Source: Podarcis filfolensis (Eukaryota). From it: DNA of 64,000 nucleotides. The notes beneath the pieces are model-generated. The model had not been told where the DNA came from, searched no databases, and saw only the letters and a list, made by a program, of their open reading frames with translations. This document shows, one piece after another, positions 23,985 to 38,000 of the stretch; position 1 is the stretch's first letter, and each line of letters starts with the position of its first letter. The stretch lies in the NCBI GenBank assembly GCA_964270895.1, contig OZ185435.1. One strand, written 5' to 3'. Both the position numbers and the translations under genes were made by a program.

Positions 23985-26900
23985 AGGGCTGTGCCAAATT
24001 CTCACCTACAAAATATTCTGGGGTGAAAGGAGAGAATGGGTTGACAGTCCTACCTGGTATCACAGGCCCTCTCAAACAACAGCTGACATTTCATTCAGGG
24101 AGGTGGGGGCTTTTTGTGACAAGAGCCCTCCTCTTCTACCTCAGCCCTTAGATTCCTACTGAAAAGCCCATTTCTGTGCCTACAATCCCGTTGACTAGAT
24201 GGGGACCATGTTGGTAAGCCTAGCTTGCAATACATGAGTGCTGCAGCTGAAATCGCAACTACCATCTTGGTGTACACTTCTCACCAGGCAGCCGAAATGA
24301 AGTTGTAGGTTTCCTTCCAGTGTGGCAGTAGCTGTGAGGTTTCCTCATCGTAGAGCCGGACATTCATGTACGTAAAGTGCTCTGGGAAGAAGTTGTCAAT
24401 CTCACGGGTGACATTAAGGATGTGGCTGACCCTGTAAGGCAAGGCAAGGAGTAATCGACAGAGAATGTGAGCAGCTCTTTTTCACCATGTTTTTAGCATG
24501 GCCTCAACTAACTAAACCATGTCCCATTTCCTAAACAGCCCCCACTGCAGTTGCTCAGTAACTCAGAGTCGGGTTGGAATGCATAGTAGAAATCCCTTCT
24601 GACTAGAAGGCAAGTTTACACGGAGAGGTGTGGCAAATGGTCATCTCAGTGTCCATGGAATCCAGGTCAGATGAAGTTCCCGAAGGTACTAGTCTTGCTC
24701 TCTGAGCAGCATCTTTTGGTGACATACCTGTTCCTTTGAAGCTCCTCAAAGTTGGCTGCATTCCATTCAGATCCCTGGGACAAAAAGGAACAACACCATG
24801 CACAGAGCTCAGTCCCAGGCGAGTGCAAATAGTTCACAAACATTCAGCCATCCTGCAATTGCTCATTAAATACTCAAAACCGAATACATTTATCCAAATC
24901 ATGTGGTAGAGTCCCTCCTAGCTTATACCATTGCAGACTGGGCAGGTGAAGGAACTGAGGTTTTGAATATGCACCCAACAGGAAAAATTGCCAGCATGTA
25001 GAAAGATAGCAGAGAGTCATCTTCCTGATGTGCTTGGTTGTGATTTTTATGTGAGGGAGTAACCGTGAACCGCCATGAGACCTACAGGTATAGGGCGGTA
25101 TACTAATTTAATAGCGCCTGTCCAGTTTCTTAGGTCAGCTTCCAAGGCTGTTCTGTATGTTCCACCACCTGTTGAGGCTAGACTGATGGCCACCAAAGAT
25201 GGAGCCTTTTCAGTGCAAACCATCCATTTAGAATTGCAGCCTTAGCTGCTCGCTGTGATCTTCAACTTTGTATGAGGTAAAGAATATAAATCTGCTGCCC
25301 CATGCTATCTCTCAAGAAGGCCCTGTAGGTAGTATAAGGGAGAGGCTTTACAGGGTGCTTTGCTTCCTCTTATGGTGGAAGGGAAGGCAAAGCCTGGAGG
25401 CCTCAAAACAACAGCAAGGCTTCCATCTTCCTGCCATTCCAGGAAAGAATTTTGAGGACTCTTAAGTTGAGAGGAGGGACTGCTATTTTTAGGGGCTTGG
25501 AGCTCCAGTTTGCTGGCATCATGGATCCCTCTCCTGTACTTCCTCACCAAGTAGAGATAGTCAAAAATCCTGGAGGGCCGATCCATCTGAGCCATAATGA
25601 GAAGCATTTCATTGTCAATAAACTCCTTATAGTCGTTCAGGCTCCGACCGGCTCTCCGCTCCAGTTCTGTACGGATCTGCAGGAAGAGAGGGAGGGAGCT
25701 TGTGAGCGCCTGAGGTCGCTTTTGAGCCTGGCTGCTTTTTAATGACATGCCCATTCCCTGTCCCTCACCCATCACTCCAACCCCTATACATACCCCTGCT
25801 TTCCCACATTCCCTTCCCAGTCCCCGTTTTACATAACTTGCTCCCATACCCTCTCTCTCTCTCACACACACACCCTCACACACGTCTCCATTCCCTCACA
25901 TTCTCTCTCCCCGCCCCCTCCTCCCTCACCCCCTTGGCCCAACATCCCACCTCCTTGGAGGTGATGTTCTCCAGGTCAGTGGTGGCCATCACCTCACGCA
26001 GCTTGGCCCGGATCATCCGCTCTGTCATCTCCTGTGCTGTCGGCCTGAGGCACAGAGACGGAGGGTCGGCAAAGCTCTTGGCTCGCCAGACTCTGCCCCA
26101 GACACCATGGCACGCCTAGAGCATCCCTCCCCCATTGGCAGTAGGGTTACAAATCTTGACACCGTGCCAAAGCTTTGCATTTCCCTAGATAGCTTTTACG
26201 CATTTGTAAATGTGCTCGTTCATTTATTGCATGTATCTCCTGAGCTTCCTCTGAGGGCCTTAACGATTACTCCCCCCCCCATCTCAATTTTATCCTCACA
26301 AGTTGCTGTGAGGTAGGTTAGGCTCTGACTGACCCAATATCACCCTGTGAACTCAATGGCTGGGTGAGAATGTTAACCTGGGTCTCTCTCAAGTACTAGT
26401 TTGGCACCCAAACCACTCCACTCCAGTGCACCACAAAAAGTGATGCTACGTGACTTGAACTGGGAGTGGGCTTTTGCTCTGATCTGTGTCTCTGATCAGC
26501 ATCTCCCTCCCTCCCTTATTATTGCAAAAAACAAAAACAAAAACAAGGACCCTTCCCTTTCATGACCTACAGAAGAAGAACTTTCTGCACAGTAGTCCCT
26601 AAAACTGGCTAGCAGGGCCACCTGAAATGTCTTTGCTTTGGACTACTGCATGGTATTGAGTTCCACCTTGGAACCACTGCAGCTCTGCTGACTACATCAT
26701 TCACAGCCTATAACCAGCCCTAGGAGGGGAAGGGCCATCACTGACTGGTCAGAGAAGGCTGCAGGAGAAGTGGGCCGCACAGATTCCAAGTCGGACATGG
26801 CTAGCCATTCATTAATACAGCTCTGCTCCGAGTTCACAGCCTTCTGATACCACTCGGTCCAGCTCAACGCACTGCCTCCTGGGAAATGGTTGTTGCAGAC

Positions 26901-29013
26901 GGCTTCGCTGCATGCCTTGTGCAGCACTTGCAGCGCTGACCTGAGAGCAGAGATGACAATCAGATATCAGAGATGCGCTAAAAAATCCTCTGAAGGCTAC
27001 CACTGCCATCAGAGAAATGCACATCTCTCTTCCCATTTTCCTCCATAATGCCCCTCTCCCAGCCTACCAAAAGCAATAGTGGCAACTATATCCTTGTTCC
27101 CCACATTCATCCTTTCCCACACATGTCCTTGCGCTTTTCACCCTACCTGACAGCCTTGCTTACCACATGGTCTGGACTGAAATGGGCTTAAAGATACGGG
27201 TCTGCCCCCCAGACGTCACACTGAAGCCCCTGGGGAAAGAGAAGGGGAGAGCAGTGTCACAAGTAACTTGGGAGTGCTCCACCTGAGATGCAGATATACG
27301 GAAAGAGACAAATAACAATGCAGTACTTGGCACGGTTGTGAAACTAGTTTGAGATCTTCCACTGTGCCAGGTTCCATTTGTAAGCAAAAAAAAAAGAGAA
27401 TCTGATCCTTTTCTGCTCTTGAGATCTAAAAGTCAGGATGGTGTTGCTTCTTGCCTTGTGCAATGGCAAAAACCTTAATCTACGCATTCTAGAAAGGATG
27501 GCGCCAGCTGAAGTCAATATTTTAGGTACGCTTCTTCTGCACTGCTTAATCCTTCTAAAAATTCTCAGCCTTAGCAAATAAATTATTCTTCCCTCATTCT
27601 AACCATAAAGTTTTCTGCAGGGGACAAGTTAAATATGGAAAATTCTAACAACTCTACTGAGACCAGGCCAGTTGTCAGGCCCCACTGAGTTTAGTCTGTG
27701 ATTACTTTTCCTCAGGAGGGGGCGGGGAGCCAGAAAAGTAAGTTGCAAAGCAGTATCTGTGTAACTCTGGAAGTTAAACAGGCAACTGCATTTTATGTGC
27801 GGTATTACGATGAGGCCTGTATTGTGGGTTTGCCCCTCAGCTGTTGGAATGCTCCTGTGACTTTCCTGACTATGCAGTGTAAACTAGTCTGGAGTTTCAG
27901 GGAGCTATTGATTTCCCTTCTGGACAAGGAAACCTGAAAGTCTGATTGCTTGCAGTTGTGGTTTAGTGACTGGCCAGTGTCCTGTTTGAGGAGTTCTGAT
28001 TTTTTTTTGAAATGGCAAATGCATTGCCTAACAGAACACATGACTGGGGTGCGTGGGGACTGAGACAACAGCATGGGCATAGCCAAGGGGGGCAGCTGCC
28101 CCTCTAGATCAAGTAAAACAATAGAAATACTTAACTGACCAATCATATTGGTTCTGCCCCCCTAACAAAATTCCTGCCCCCCCCCAAAAAAATCCTGGCT
28201 AAACCCATGGGTAACAGCTCTTAGCACTGATAGCTATTCTGTTTGCTCCAGTGAGGTCCTAATTGTGAGAATGGCAATCTACAGCAGTGTTTCCCAAATT
28301 TGAGTTGCCAACTGTTTTTGGACTACAACTCCCATCATTCCTACCTAGCAGGATCAGTGGTCAGAGACGATGGGAACTGTAGTCTAAAAACAGCTGGAGA
28401 CCCAAGTTTGGGAAACACTAACCTAAAGCTTTAACTACAAAGTTGAAGGTTTTCAGTTAAAGCTTAGGTCTGTGTCCCTGGATTGTAGTGCTTATCTCTG
28501 CATCACTGTGGGACAGGCACATTTTGCAAGGAAGGTGTGAGGATAAATACTTTCTAAAACCTTGTTCACCTTAAAATGACCTACAATACAGCCACTAGTG
28601 AAGATGGAAGGACTGGCTGTTGGAAGTCCAGGCTGGCCCTAGTCAAAGGAGTTCTCTTTGAGTTGCCTGCTGAGAAATGCGACCGGTGCATAATATTCAT
28701 GGCAGATTTGATCCCATAACCCTGACTTTAATAAATCCTGGTCTGGGCCAGACACGGTGAATATGAAGTCTATGGGCATGCTCCAGTGCAGAGTTAAGTG
28801 GCTTAAGCTTGCGGTGGGTTGCGAACAGTTGGCCGTACCATTAGCCGGGGCGGTGGATTGCCTCAGGCGGCAGACTTAGATGCCATTGAAGGGTGGCAAA
28901 GTGTCTGCTTTTTATTTATCTATTTTTTCGTTGGAAGGTACAAATTGGATTTATGTAATTTTTTTGCCTGAACCCCCAAAATACATTGGGTTGGCCCTGA
29001 GCCCTAGTTAGCC

Positions 29014-29050
<37 letters not shown>

Positions 29051-32000
29051 TAGTTACAGGCAGGTAGCCGTGTTGATCTGCCATAGTGGAAACAAAATAA
29101 AAACAATTCCTTCCAGTAGCACCTTAGAGACCAACTAAGTTTGTTATTGGTATGAGCTTTCGTGTGCATGCACACTTCTGCAGATACACTCAATGTATCC
29201 GAAGGTGCTACTGGTCTCTAAGGTGCTACTGGTAGGAATTTTTTTATTTTGTTATCATCATCATCATCATCATCCTCATCATCATCCTCATCATTTATTT
29301 ATACCCCGCCCATCCGGCTGGGTTTCCCCAATCTGGGCAGCTCCCATCAGATTAAAAACAGAATAAAACATCAAACATTAAAAACTTCCCTAAACATGGC
29401 CAATTAAGGCCCAGAGGTCCATCTCTTTGCTCTTTTATCCCAAAATATGGCCACTCAAGGCCTTTGTGCCTCAAGCTCAACCACCTTCAACTGCCCGAAG
29501 CTCTCCTGCTAACTCAGATGACTCTGCCTTTTACCCCCTTTTGCCCCTTATGCCTAGAACTGTTCTCCAGGAAACCTGTGTGAAGTAGACCTTCTTGGAT
29601 TTCCTTCAAAACATACCTTTCCTGTGAAAAGTTTGGCATGAACACACATACCCTAGTCCTCTTCCATCATGGAACCAAACACAAGTATGACTCACTGAAA
29701 TAAAGCTGTGCACATTAGTGGCTATTATTAACAACAACCATAAGATGAGACACAGCATGGGGCAGGCTCTCAAGGAGACTTTTTAAGAAAAAGAGACCAT
29801 GCAGAAAAGAATGGTTGGTTTCCACTTCATACAGGAGGAAGAGACAGAAAAAAAACAAAAACCCTCCCGTAGCTATTCAGGACATAAGTGGTTTGTAGTC
29901 TGTGGAGACCATTTTCAAGTCAGATGAGAGAGCAGGCAGTGTTGGTGAAACTGGGCGAGGAGAAAAATAAACACACACCAAAAAAATGGCCTCTCACTAT
30001 CTCAGTCTGTTTTGAGTATCCTAGTATGTTTGCAAAGCACAAAGCTTATATGAGGATTACTATTACATGGAGCATTGTGGGTGCCTGGTGGGGTTAGGTA
30101 TTTCTCTTACCCATCGCCATCAAGGAAGACCTGAGTGTCACTCCAAAGTGGAAGCACCATCCCCAGCGTGCAGGCAGCCGAGCTGGGAGGCAAAGAGAGA
30201 AGAGATTAGGTAGCTACTGAAGGGGTTATTATAGTCCATGGGTAGGCAAACTAAGGCCCGGGGGCTGGATCTGGCCCAATCGCCTTCTCAATCCGGCCAG
30301 CGGATGGTCCAGGAATCAGTGTGTTTTTACATGAGTAGAATGTGTGCTTTTATTTAAAATGCATCTCTGGGTTATTTGTGGGGCATAGGCATTCGTTCAT
30401 CCCCCCCCCAAATATAGTCTGGACCCCCACAAGGTGTGAGGGACAGTGGATTGGCCCCTCGCTGAAAAAGTTTGCTGACCCCTGTTATAGTCCCTGTGCT
30501 TGTCCTACAAACCTTCCCCATTCACCCCATCTGCACTCGCCTCTTAACCTGCTTTTCCAATAGCTTGATCAGCATTGTAAAAATCACTGATAGCAAAGCC
30601 AAGCAAGCATTCCAGAGCTGTGACAGAGGGGCTTGGCGAACTGCACTGCTATCTTCCATTCAGCTCCTTGATTTGGACGTCTTCCTGCGGCATGCTCGAG
30701 TGCCTGTGCCCTTACTGAATACATAAACAAAGGTTCTTCTGGAGCACAGACACTGGGAATGGGGTGGAGAGGAAAGACTGGGTGAAGGGTTGCCAAACCA
30801 GTTCGACCAGGGAGTAAAATACATTAAGGAGTTTAGATACACACACACAGTGAAGGACAGAAAGAAAGCACTCTGAAGCAAAGATGCTTTCGATAAGGGT
30901 TTTGAACAAACATCATGCAGAAAGAAAAGGGGTTGTGTTCTTCCAAGTGCATTTTCTTGGAAGCATGCCCCATTAATTTCAACGGTACTCGCCTTCGGCT
31001 AATGGTAATTTGGAACACAACCTTGGTTATTTGAAGCAGAGAATGTTCCCTGTTCTCTATGCATGCTTGTTCAGAAGTAAGATCCACTGCATTCAATGGG
31101 ACTTACTTTCAAGGAAGTAGCATGCATCAGCCTGTAGTGTAAGAGACTTTCAGCACAATCCTAGTCATGTCTACTCAGAACGGAAGTCCTATATAATTAA
31201 ATGGGGCTTATTCTCAGGCAAGTGGGTCAAGGATAGCAGCCTTATTGGGTATCTCATTTTGGTCCAAGCCTTGACGAAAGACATCATGAAGAGATACAAG
31301 GCAGGACAGTATAGACTGCTGGAAGTTTTCTAGCTTAGAAGTGCCTGGGCCCCACCCCTTCTGTATCTTCGTGCTCCTTCCCTTGTCCTCTCACCCTTCT
31401 TCAGGGAAGTCAACTCCCAGCAGCACCATCTCACTCTTGCTCTCCACCTCTGCTGCTGACACAACCAGCAAGTACCGGATCCGGTGAGCTCGAGCCGACT
31501 CCAGCCTCACAGCCTGGAGGAGGGAAACAAACATACAGTCCTTGCAAGACTGTCCTTGTGTGTGTCACCTCCACACATATGACAGTAAGATTCCACCACA
31601 ACTGTTGGTGGTGCATTTGGCAGATGCAGGGATAGTTCTTTGTTTAGCACCACCAGCAACTTCTGAAAAAAATCCATGATTCCTGAGACCAATGCCATAG
31701 CTAAGTATCATATTGTTACTTGCGTGGAAATAACATAAGATAGCAACTTGGGATAATCCAAGTAGGCCTAAAGAGTGCCCCTTGTTTCTTGTCAGTAGTC
31801 ATTTGTGCACTTTTCAGTACGAGAAAAAAGGTTTTGAGGAGAAACTCCATTTACATTTATCCAGAAATAAGTGCGTCACATTTTCATCTCTGAGCCCAAG
31901 AGCCCTGGCACTGAGGTTCTCAAAGCTATTAAATCATCCACTGAAAATCATATTATACAAGGCTTTTAGCACAAAATCATTAGGAAAATAGAATGGGAGT

Positions 32001-35000
32001 TTCAGAAAAAGGCCCCCCACCCCTAGATTAAGTGAATGCAGTTTGGCATTGTGTGGTAGGATCAGAGGGAAGAGCCTCTGGACCTAAGTGTTATGGGAGT
32101 GTTTTTCATATTTTTCTGCACACTTTCCACACTGGCAAATGCCATAGATCTTCAGTAGTTTTGCCAAGGGGTTTGGGGCATGTTCTAGGAAGACACACAC
32201 AGAGAGGGGGCAGGTAGTGTCATTGTGGACCACTAGACAAGCATATGAGACCTCAGTATTGACTTGCCTGAACTGAGAGTATACTGGACAGATGCACGTT
32301 TATTTATTTAATTCTCCATTTTCCACACTGCAAGGGAAGATCCGCAGCGGGGAGCAAGCTATCTTTTAGGGCAGCTTGTCTGCTGCTACTGAACTTCCGA
32401 ATGAGCCATGTCTGCTAAGCTCCCGAGAACATCAGCAGCTACCAGAAAGCAGCATGAGAACTGCTGCCTTCAGGAACTGCCCCAGGTACTTGGAGGCTGT
32501 TGTGACTCACTCTCTAGAAAAGAAAGAAAACCCAGCACATGCTACTTTGGAAATCTCCCAGCAGAGTCCCCAAAGCCAAAGCCGGGATCAGACTCGGCAG
32601 AGACGCCAGCTCTGGCTGTCTGCCCAAGAGAGCAAAAGCCCCGCAGGCCATAAATGGGGAAGTGGCTGCAGCTCCCGGCTGAATGTCTGCCTGAAAACCA
32701 CATTCCTCAAGGAGAGGAATCCCTTGCCGCCCTGCTCTGAGCCTCCACAAGCATGGACAATGAGGCTCTCAGAAGCCAGGCCTCTCCAGCACAGAGTTTT
32801 GCAGCAGGAAGGCAAAGTGGAATCAGTTTATCACAGGACTCCCAGGCAAGAGGCAACACAGTTTCTAGAATCGCACTAAGAGGAGGAGAAAGGTGAAGAT
32901 CAAGGTCAAGAGGAAGGAGTTAATAGTCGGGTGTCCACTCCACAGACCAGCTGAACTAGCCTGGGAGAAATTTGGGTCACTAAGGCGTTCTCACTGAGGC
33001 AGTAAACTTGTGCCCTTTCAGGCTTCAGGTGCGATCCCACGATGGAAGGATTCAGTCATGTGAATCCCACCCACAGCCTGAAGTGATACTGTCTAGACAC
33101 AGGTTTACTGCCTCTTAGAACTAGGCCGGAGCCTGAGGGCACACACCTCCCTTTTCTGAAATATTGTCTGCAGAAAATAGCCCTCTTTCATTTCAGAACA
33201 GTTGCCTCTTGTGGCACGGCTTGCCTAACCAGGCCTGTAGGACAGCAGCAAGGCACACTGGGTACAGCTGGTGGTTCTGGACAGGAGGGCAGGACAGCAC
33301 TTATGCCATTAAGGAAAGGAATCCCACTAACATACATTTAAAGCACAGCTATACCATCTTAATAGTCACAACTTCCCATGGAAGCTGCAATAAACAAAAC
33401 AAATGCTCTGTGGTGATGAGGATGTTATTGTATTTGTTTGTTACTGTGCTATGTATTTTTTGTGTTTTTATATTGTAAATCACTCTGTGATCCTCGGATG
33501 GGGGGTGGTATAGAAATTTAATAAGTAATACATAGTTTACCAATCACAGACCTATAGTAAACAGCACCAACCAACAGGGCTCTTTGGGTGGGTGAAGCCA
33601 TGTGCTTTAATTGTAATCTGTGGGTGTTACTACAGAAGGTCAACTCTGGTAGATAAGATCATTTGATGAACAGAATGAACCTTAAACTGGCCTGGCTTGG
33701 CAGCAGAAAGCTGGAATATTTTTTGTTCCAATAGTAAGCAATGCTGAGCCAGGCAGAGAAGGGAATTTGCCCTGAGTGTTGGGCCTTGGCAGGGTTGAGT
33801 GGGTGGAAATGGAGACCGTGCTGATTCCAGAACAGGAGGAGGGAAAAGGGCAAAGGCCCTGCCCCAAGCAAACTCTTTTACAAGGCAGTAAAAACACTGA
33901 ACTCCATAACTGCCTGCTCCAGACTCTTTATCCGAAGAGGCACATTTTGTGGTCAGGCCAATTGCTTTCCTGTCTCTTCTCATCCACACTCTGCCGTATC
34001 TCCCTGCCCTCACAGTCTCACCAGCCGGATGCTGTCTTCTGGCCGCATCAACCCCACCATTTGCTGTAAGTGCTGCTCCTGTTGTTCAGCCGCGGCATTC
34101 TCACTCTTAGGCTTGTGGTCCAGGGGGGTGGCTGGGCCTTCCTGCACGGACTCCAGCTTTTCTTCTTCCTGCAGGAGCAAAGCAGCTCCTTTGACCATGA
34201 CGAAGCTGTGGCTGAAAAGGGAAAGAAACGGAGATAGGTAGAAAAACCCTCTTGCTCCAGAAGGAGAGCTTGCCCCATTAAATCCTTCCTCATTCCAAGG
34301 GGAATGTAAGAAGCTGCCTTACCCTGACAATGATCCATTGAATTGAGCCTTTTCTACACTGTTCAGCAGCAGGTCTCTAGAGTTTTAGGCTGGGAATATC
34401 TCCCGGTCCTACCTGGAGACGCCTGGGACTGAACCTGAGACCTTCTGTATAAAAGGAGGTGCTCTTCCACTGAACTACGGCCCTTCCCCATGAACGCTTG
34501 GGAGCATTTGCAATTACAGAACAGTCACAAAATCTGAAGTAGTCCAAGACAGGCAGGCCTAGCCATCAAGGCAAACTAAGTAGGTTGTGCTAGCCCTAAG
34601 GCCTATTAAATGTATACAGAGGTGGCAGAATACTGCAAAATCAGATCAGATTTTAAAATAAAATGTTGAAAAACGTTGACTCTAAGGAATATATAACCAA
34701 TATTAGCTATACTCAGCTGGAATACAAGCAAGCATTTTAGAAATTGCAACCTCTTTTTTTAAAAAAATGTCAACATTGATTTATTACCTACTTTTATATA
34801 AAAAAAGTGTAAGGCATTCCCCCCAAGAGTGCCCTTAGCCTTTTCAAAATATTTTTTTTTAACTATTTGCCAAATCTCTGCTTTTCTCACACTTTTTAAA
34901 CAGAGATGTGTGCTCTAAAAATTACCACCAACCCCTGACAAAATACACAGAAAGGCTATGACACTCCCTACATGCTACACACTAGCATGTTTAACAGTGC

Positions 35001-38000
35001 TCCCATCATTTTTTTAAAAGCAGAGATTATCTAGGGGAAGCCATTTAGAGTGGAGGAGCAGTAGGGGAAGTGGGCAGTAGCCGTTCCCCCAGCCATTATT
35101 CCTCTGTTCACCTCAAACCCCCCCCCCCGCCCCACCTCAGTGCAGAGTTCAAAGGTGTTTGAAAAGATGGCAAGTTCCATTACAGAGGACGAGGGAATTA
35201 GATCCTTCCAGTTCACCAGAATTAGAGATCTTTCCAGTATACTGTACATTTATATTTAATGCACAGTATCCTCCCATGTATTCATTTGGTGCACATTTTC
35301 CATTGCAAGATAATTTATCCTATTCCCCACTCTTCTTTGCAAGGTTTTCCCCCTCTTTTCAGAGCAACAAACATGCAGCTGTTATGCTTTTGCTGCACAC
35401 AATCTTGTCTCAAGATTGCACTTCTCTTGGGAAACTGTAATTCTTCCCTCCAATGCAATTGGGACTGCGGTGTACAATTTGGTTTTGCAAATGTCATGGG
35501 ATATTAATGAGGAACACAACTCTCTCCTCCTCCTCACCGCCAAACACCCACATCAGTTGGTTGCTGTGGCTCAGGCATTGATAATCTTGAGTTTGGATTA
35601 CTGCAGTGTGCTTTATGTGGGGCTGCCCTTAGCTTGCCCTGAAAGCTGCAACTGGTGCAAAATGCAGCAATTAGACAACTCACTGGGGTGCCTTATCACA
35701 TGAATATTACACCACTCCTAAAGGAGCTGCATTAGCTGCCATTTAGCCACTGACCCAGGTTTAAGGTTTTGCTTTTGACCTATATTGCCTTAACAGTTTG
35801 GAACCGATTACCTGAAGGATCCCCTTCTCCTTGCTCATTACAATCAGCTATGGCACACGTTTATTGTGTGTTTGGCAGTAACCAAGAAGAGTCTTCTCTG
35901 TGCAGGCACCCTCTCTCCCTTCAGCTTAAAAAGGCACCAGAATATGCTCCTAAATGTTTGCTGCTTTTTGATTCCAGAGTATGGTATCACGATTTAAATT
36001 TACTCTGGGTCACTGTTGTCTTTTTAACCTGTAGCTTTTTTAATGGTTTAATTTGTTATGATATCTTTTGTAGTACGCCACTTTGGATGCTTCATGAAAA
36101 ACAGGTAAAAATAAATCAACTATTTTTTCCTGTTTGAACTCCTACACTATATTTTTCTAGTGCAGGGGCTCTTGGTGCAGCACTAGTTGTTTTTTTAAAG
36201 TTAGAAGAAGAAGCAATGCTCCACCTTCCTGCACCGCCATTACCCACTGCACTGTTTTGGAATATTTATACTCTCTTCCTTCTGCATTTCTTCACAATGT
36301 AGCTGCAGCACTGGAACCATCTTTTAAAAAATAAGTTGCACAGTGCAACTTCCCCCCACCCTAATGCCTTAAAGGGGGGGGGGGATACTCTGGTGCTGGG
36401 TTCCTGCTACTGGGAGTAACACACTAAATCCAAAACATTTTTTTAATAAATTGTGTGAAAAAGCCCAGAAGCTGGTTTGGGAGGACCCTGGTCTTTTTGT
36501 TTGTATGTGTGAAGGGACAGGATTACAAAGGCTAGCTCCTTACCGTCGCTGCAGCTGTCTCTTCCGAGGAACATCTTCATCCTGCAAGGGAATTCCAGGT
36601 AGATCAGTCACTTCTGATCCAGAGCAAAGAAGAAGAAATCTCCTGCTCCAGATTAAACAATGTTCTAAGTTTCCACACATGTGGCACCAATCTCCTAGAC
36701 ACGGTCATTTCCACCAAGGGCTGTCCCAAGGCATTTTGCTTCCTGAGCCAAAGGGGCAAGATGCTGCTCCCCTTATTCCATATGCAGAAGCCAACCAGGC
36801 AGGCCCTTGAATATCACCTGAACTGTGGAGATGGGACAGCATCCTCCCTTGGACCAGAGGGAAGCAGGCTAGTTTGGGAGCTGCAAGGCAGATCACATGG
36901 CACACTCAGCTTTGTTTGCTCTGCACTCCTCAGCAAATGCTGCCCAAAACAGCCATCTTATTCTGCCTAATGGTAGAAGTGGACCTGCCACCAAGGTCTT
37001 CCAGAGGTAAGCAGGTCCACAGAGAGCAGGGGGCCCTCAGAGGGCTTGTTTTTCAGCCGGAACTCTCCGGAACTCAGTCCCGGCACCTCTCAGGTGGGCA
37101 CCATTGCCATTCAAAGAGAATGAGGGAGGTGTTCATGGAGCGTTCCAGAACCTCTTTTTCTAGAAAAATGGCACTGACTCCTCAGAGGGCTAAGCTGGCT
37201 GGGAAACCCTCCCAGACTTGCACTGTCATGCCTCCTAGCCAACTGGGGACTCCCACCCCAGGCCTCAGACAAGCTCTGCATGGGCCTGGGGATAAAACAG
37301 TTTGACCCAGTTAAATCACTGAGGCTTTTACCTTGGTGGGACTTGGGAGTGATAACAGGCTGCCTTTCTTTCAAGTGATGAATAAGTTTATTTGTCTAGA
37401 CCACAAAGCCATAACATACAGCAATGCACAAACATTGTAAATGCAGGCTGTAAAACCATAAAATATTCTACCATTTATTATTAAAATCATCTACCCTATG
37501 CACAGCTGAAATGTTTTAAGCTCACGCTTGCCAACACAAAAGGCATACAAAGAACGCACTGCTGGCGAGCACAGGTTTAAGGGCTTCTCTACACTTGCCT
37601 TTCCTCTGCTCTTTTCCAGGGACAGTCAGTGCTTCAAAAGTACGTGTCCAAGCAACTTTTTTTTTTTTTGCTCCAGAGCTTTCCCTGCAAAAACCTGCTC
37701 TTTAGTATTCAGTCAGAGCACATGTCAATCTGCAGAAAACCAGAATTGACATTTGCTCTGATTTCAGAGGGAAAGCTCTGTGGCAAATAAGGGGGGGGTG
37801 GAGAAACACACTTGGAGACAGAGCTTTAAAGCACAGACTTGTGCCTGGAAAGAGTGGGGCAAAAGGTAAGTGTGGACAAGGCCCAAGTTCTAGCGGGCTA
37901 CACCCATGGCTGGGGCAGGTGGCTGGCGCCTTCCATAGAAACTTCAGAGCGATTCCTTTATACCAGAAGAACCAAACCACCTCACAATTGCGTTTGCACT

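Noticed and set aside
31507-31698. ORF starting MALVSG, resembling the SSH start MALVTV, just upstream of SSH3 exon 4
   Set aside because: Out of frame with exon 4 (185-nt offset), no usable donor, and similarity limited to four residues.
32376-32879. 167-aa + strand ORF in SSH3 intron 3
   Set aside because: Non-ATG start in the track, no domain motifs, no convincing splice signals or promoter. Treated as chance; an enhancer is not excluded.
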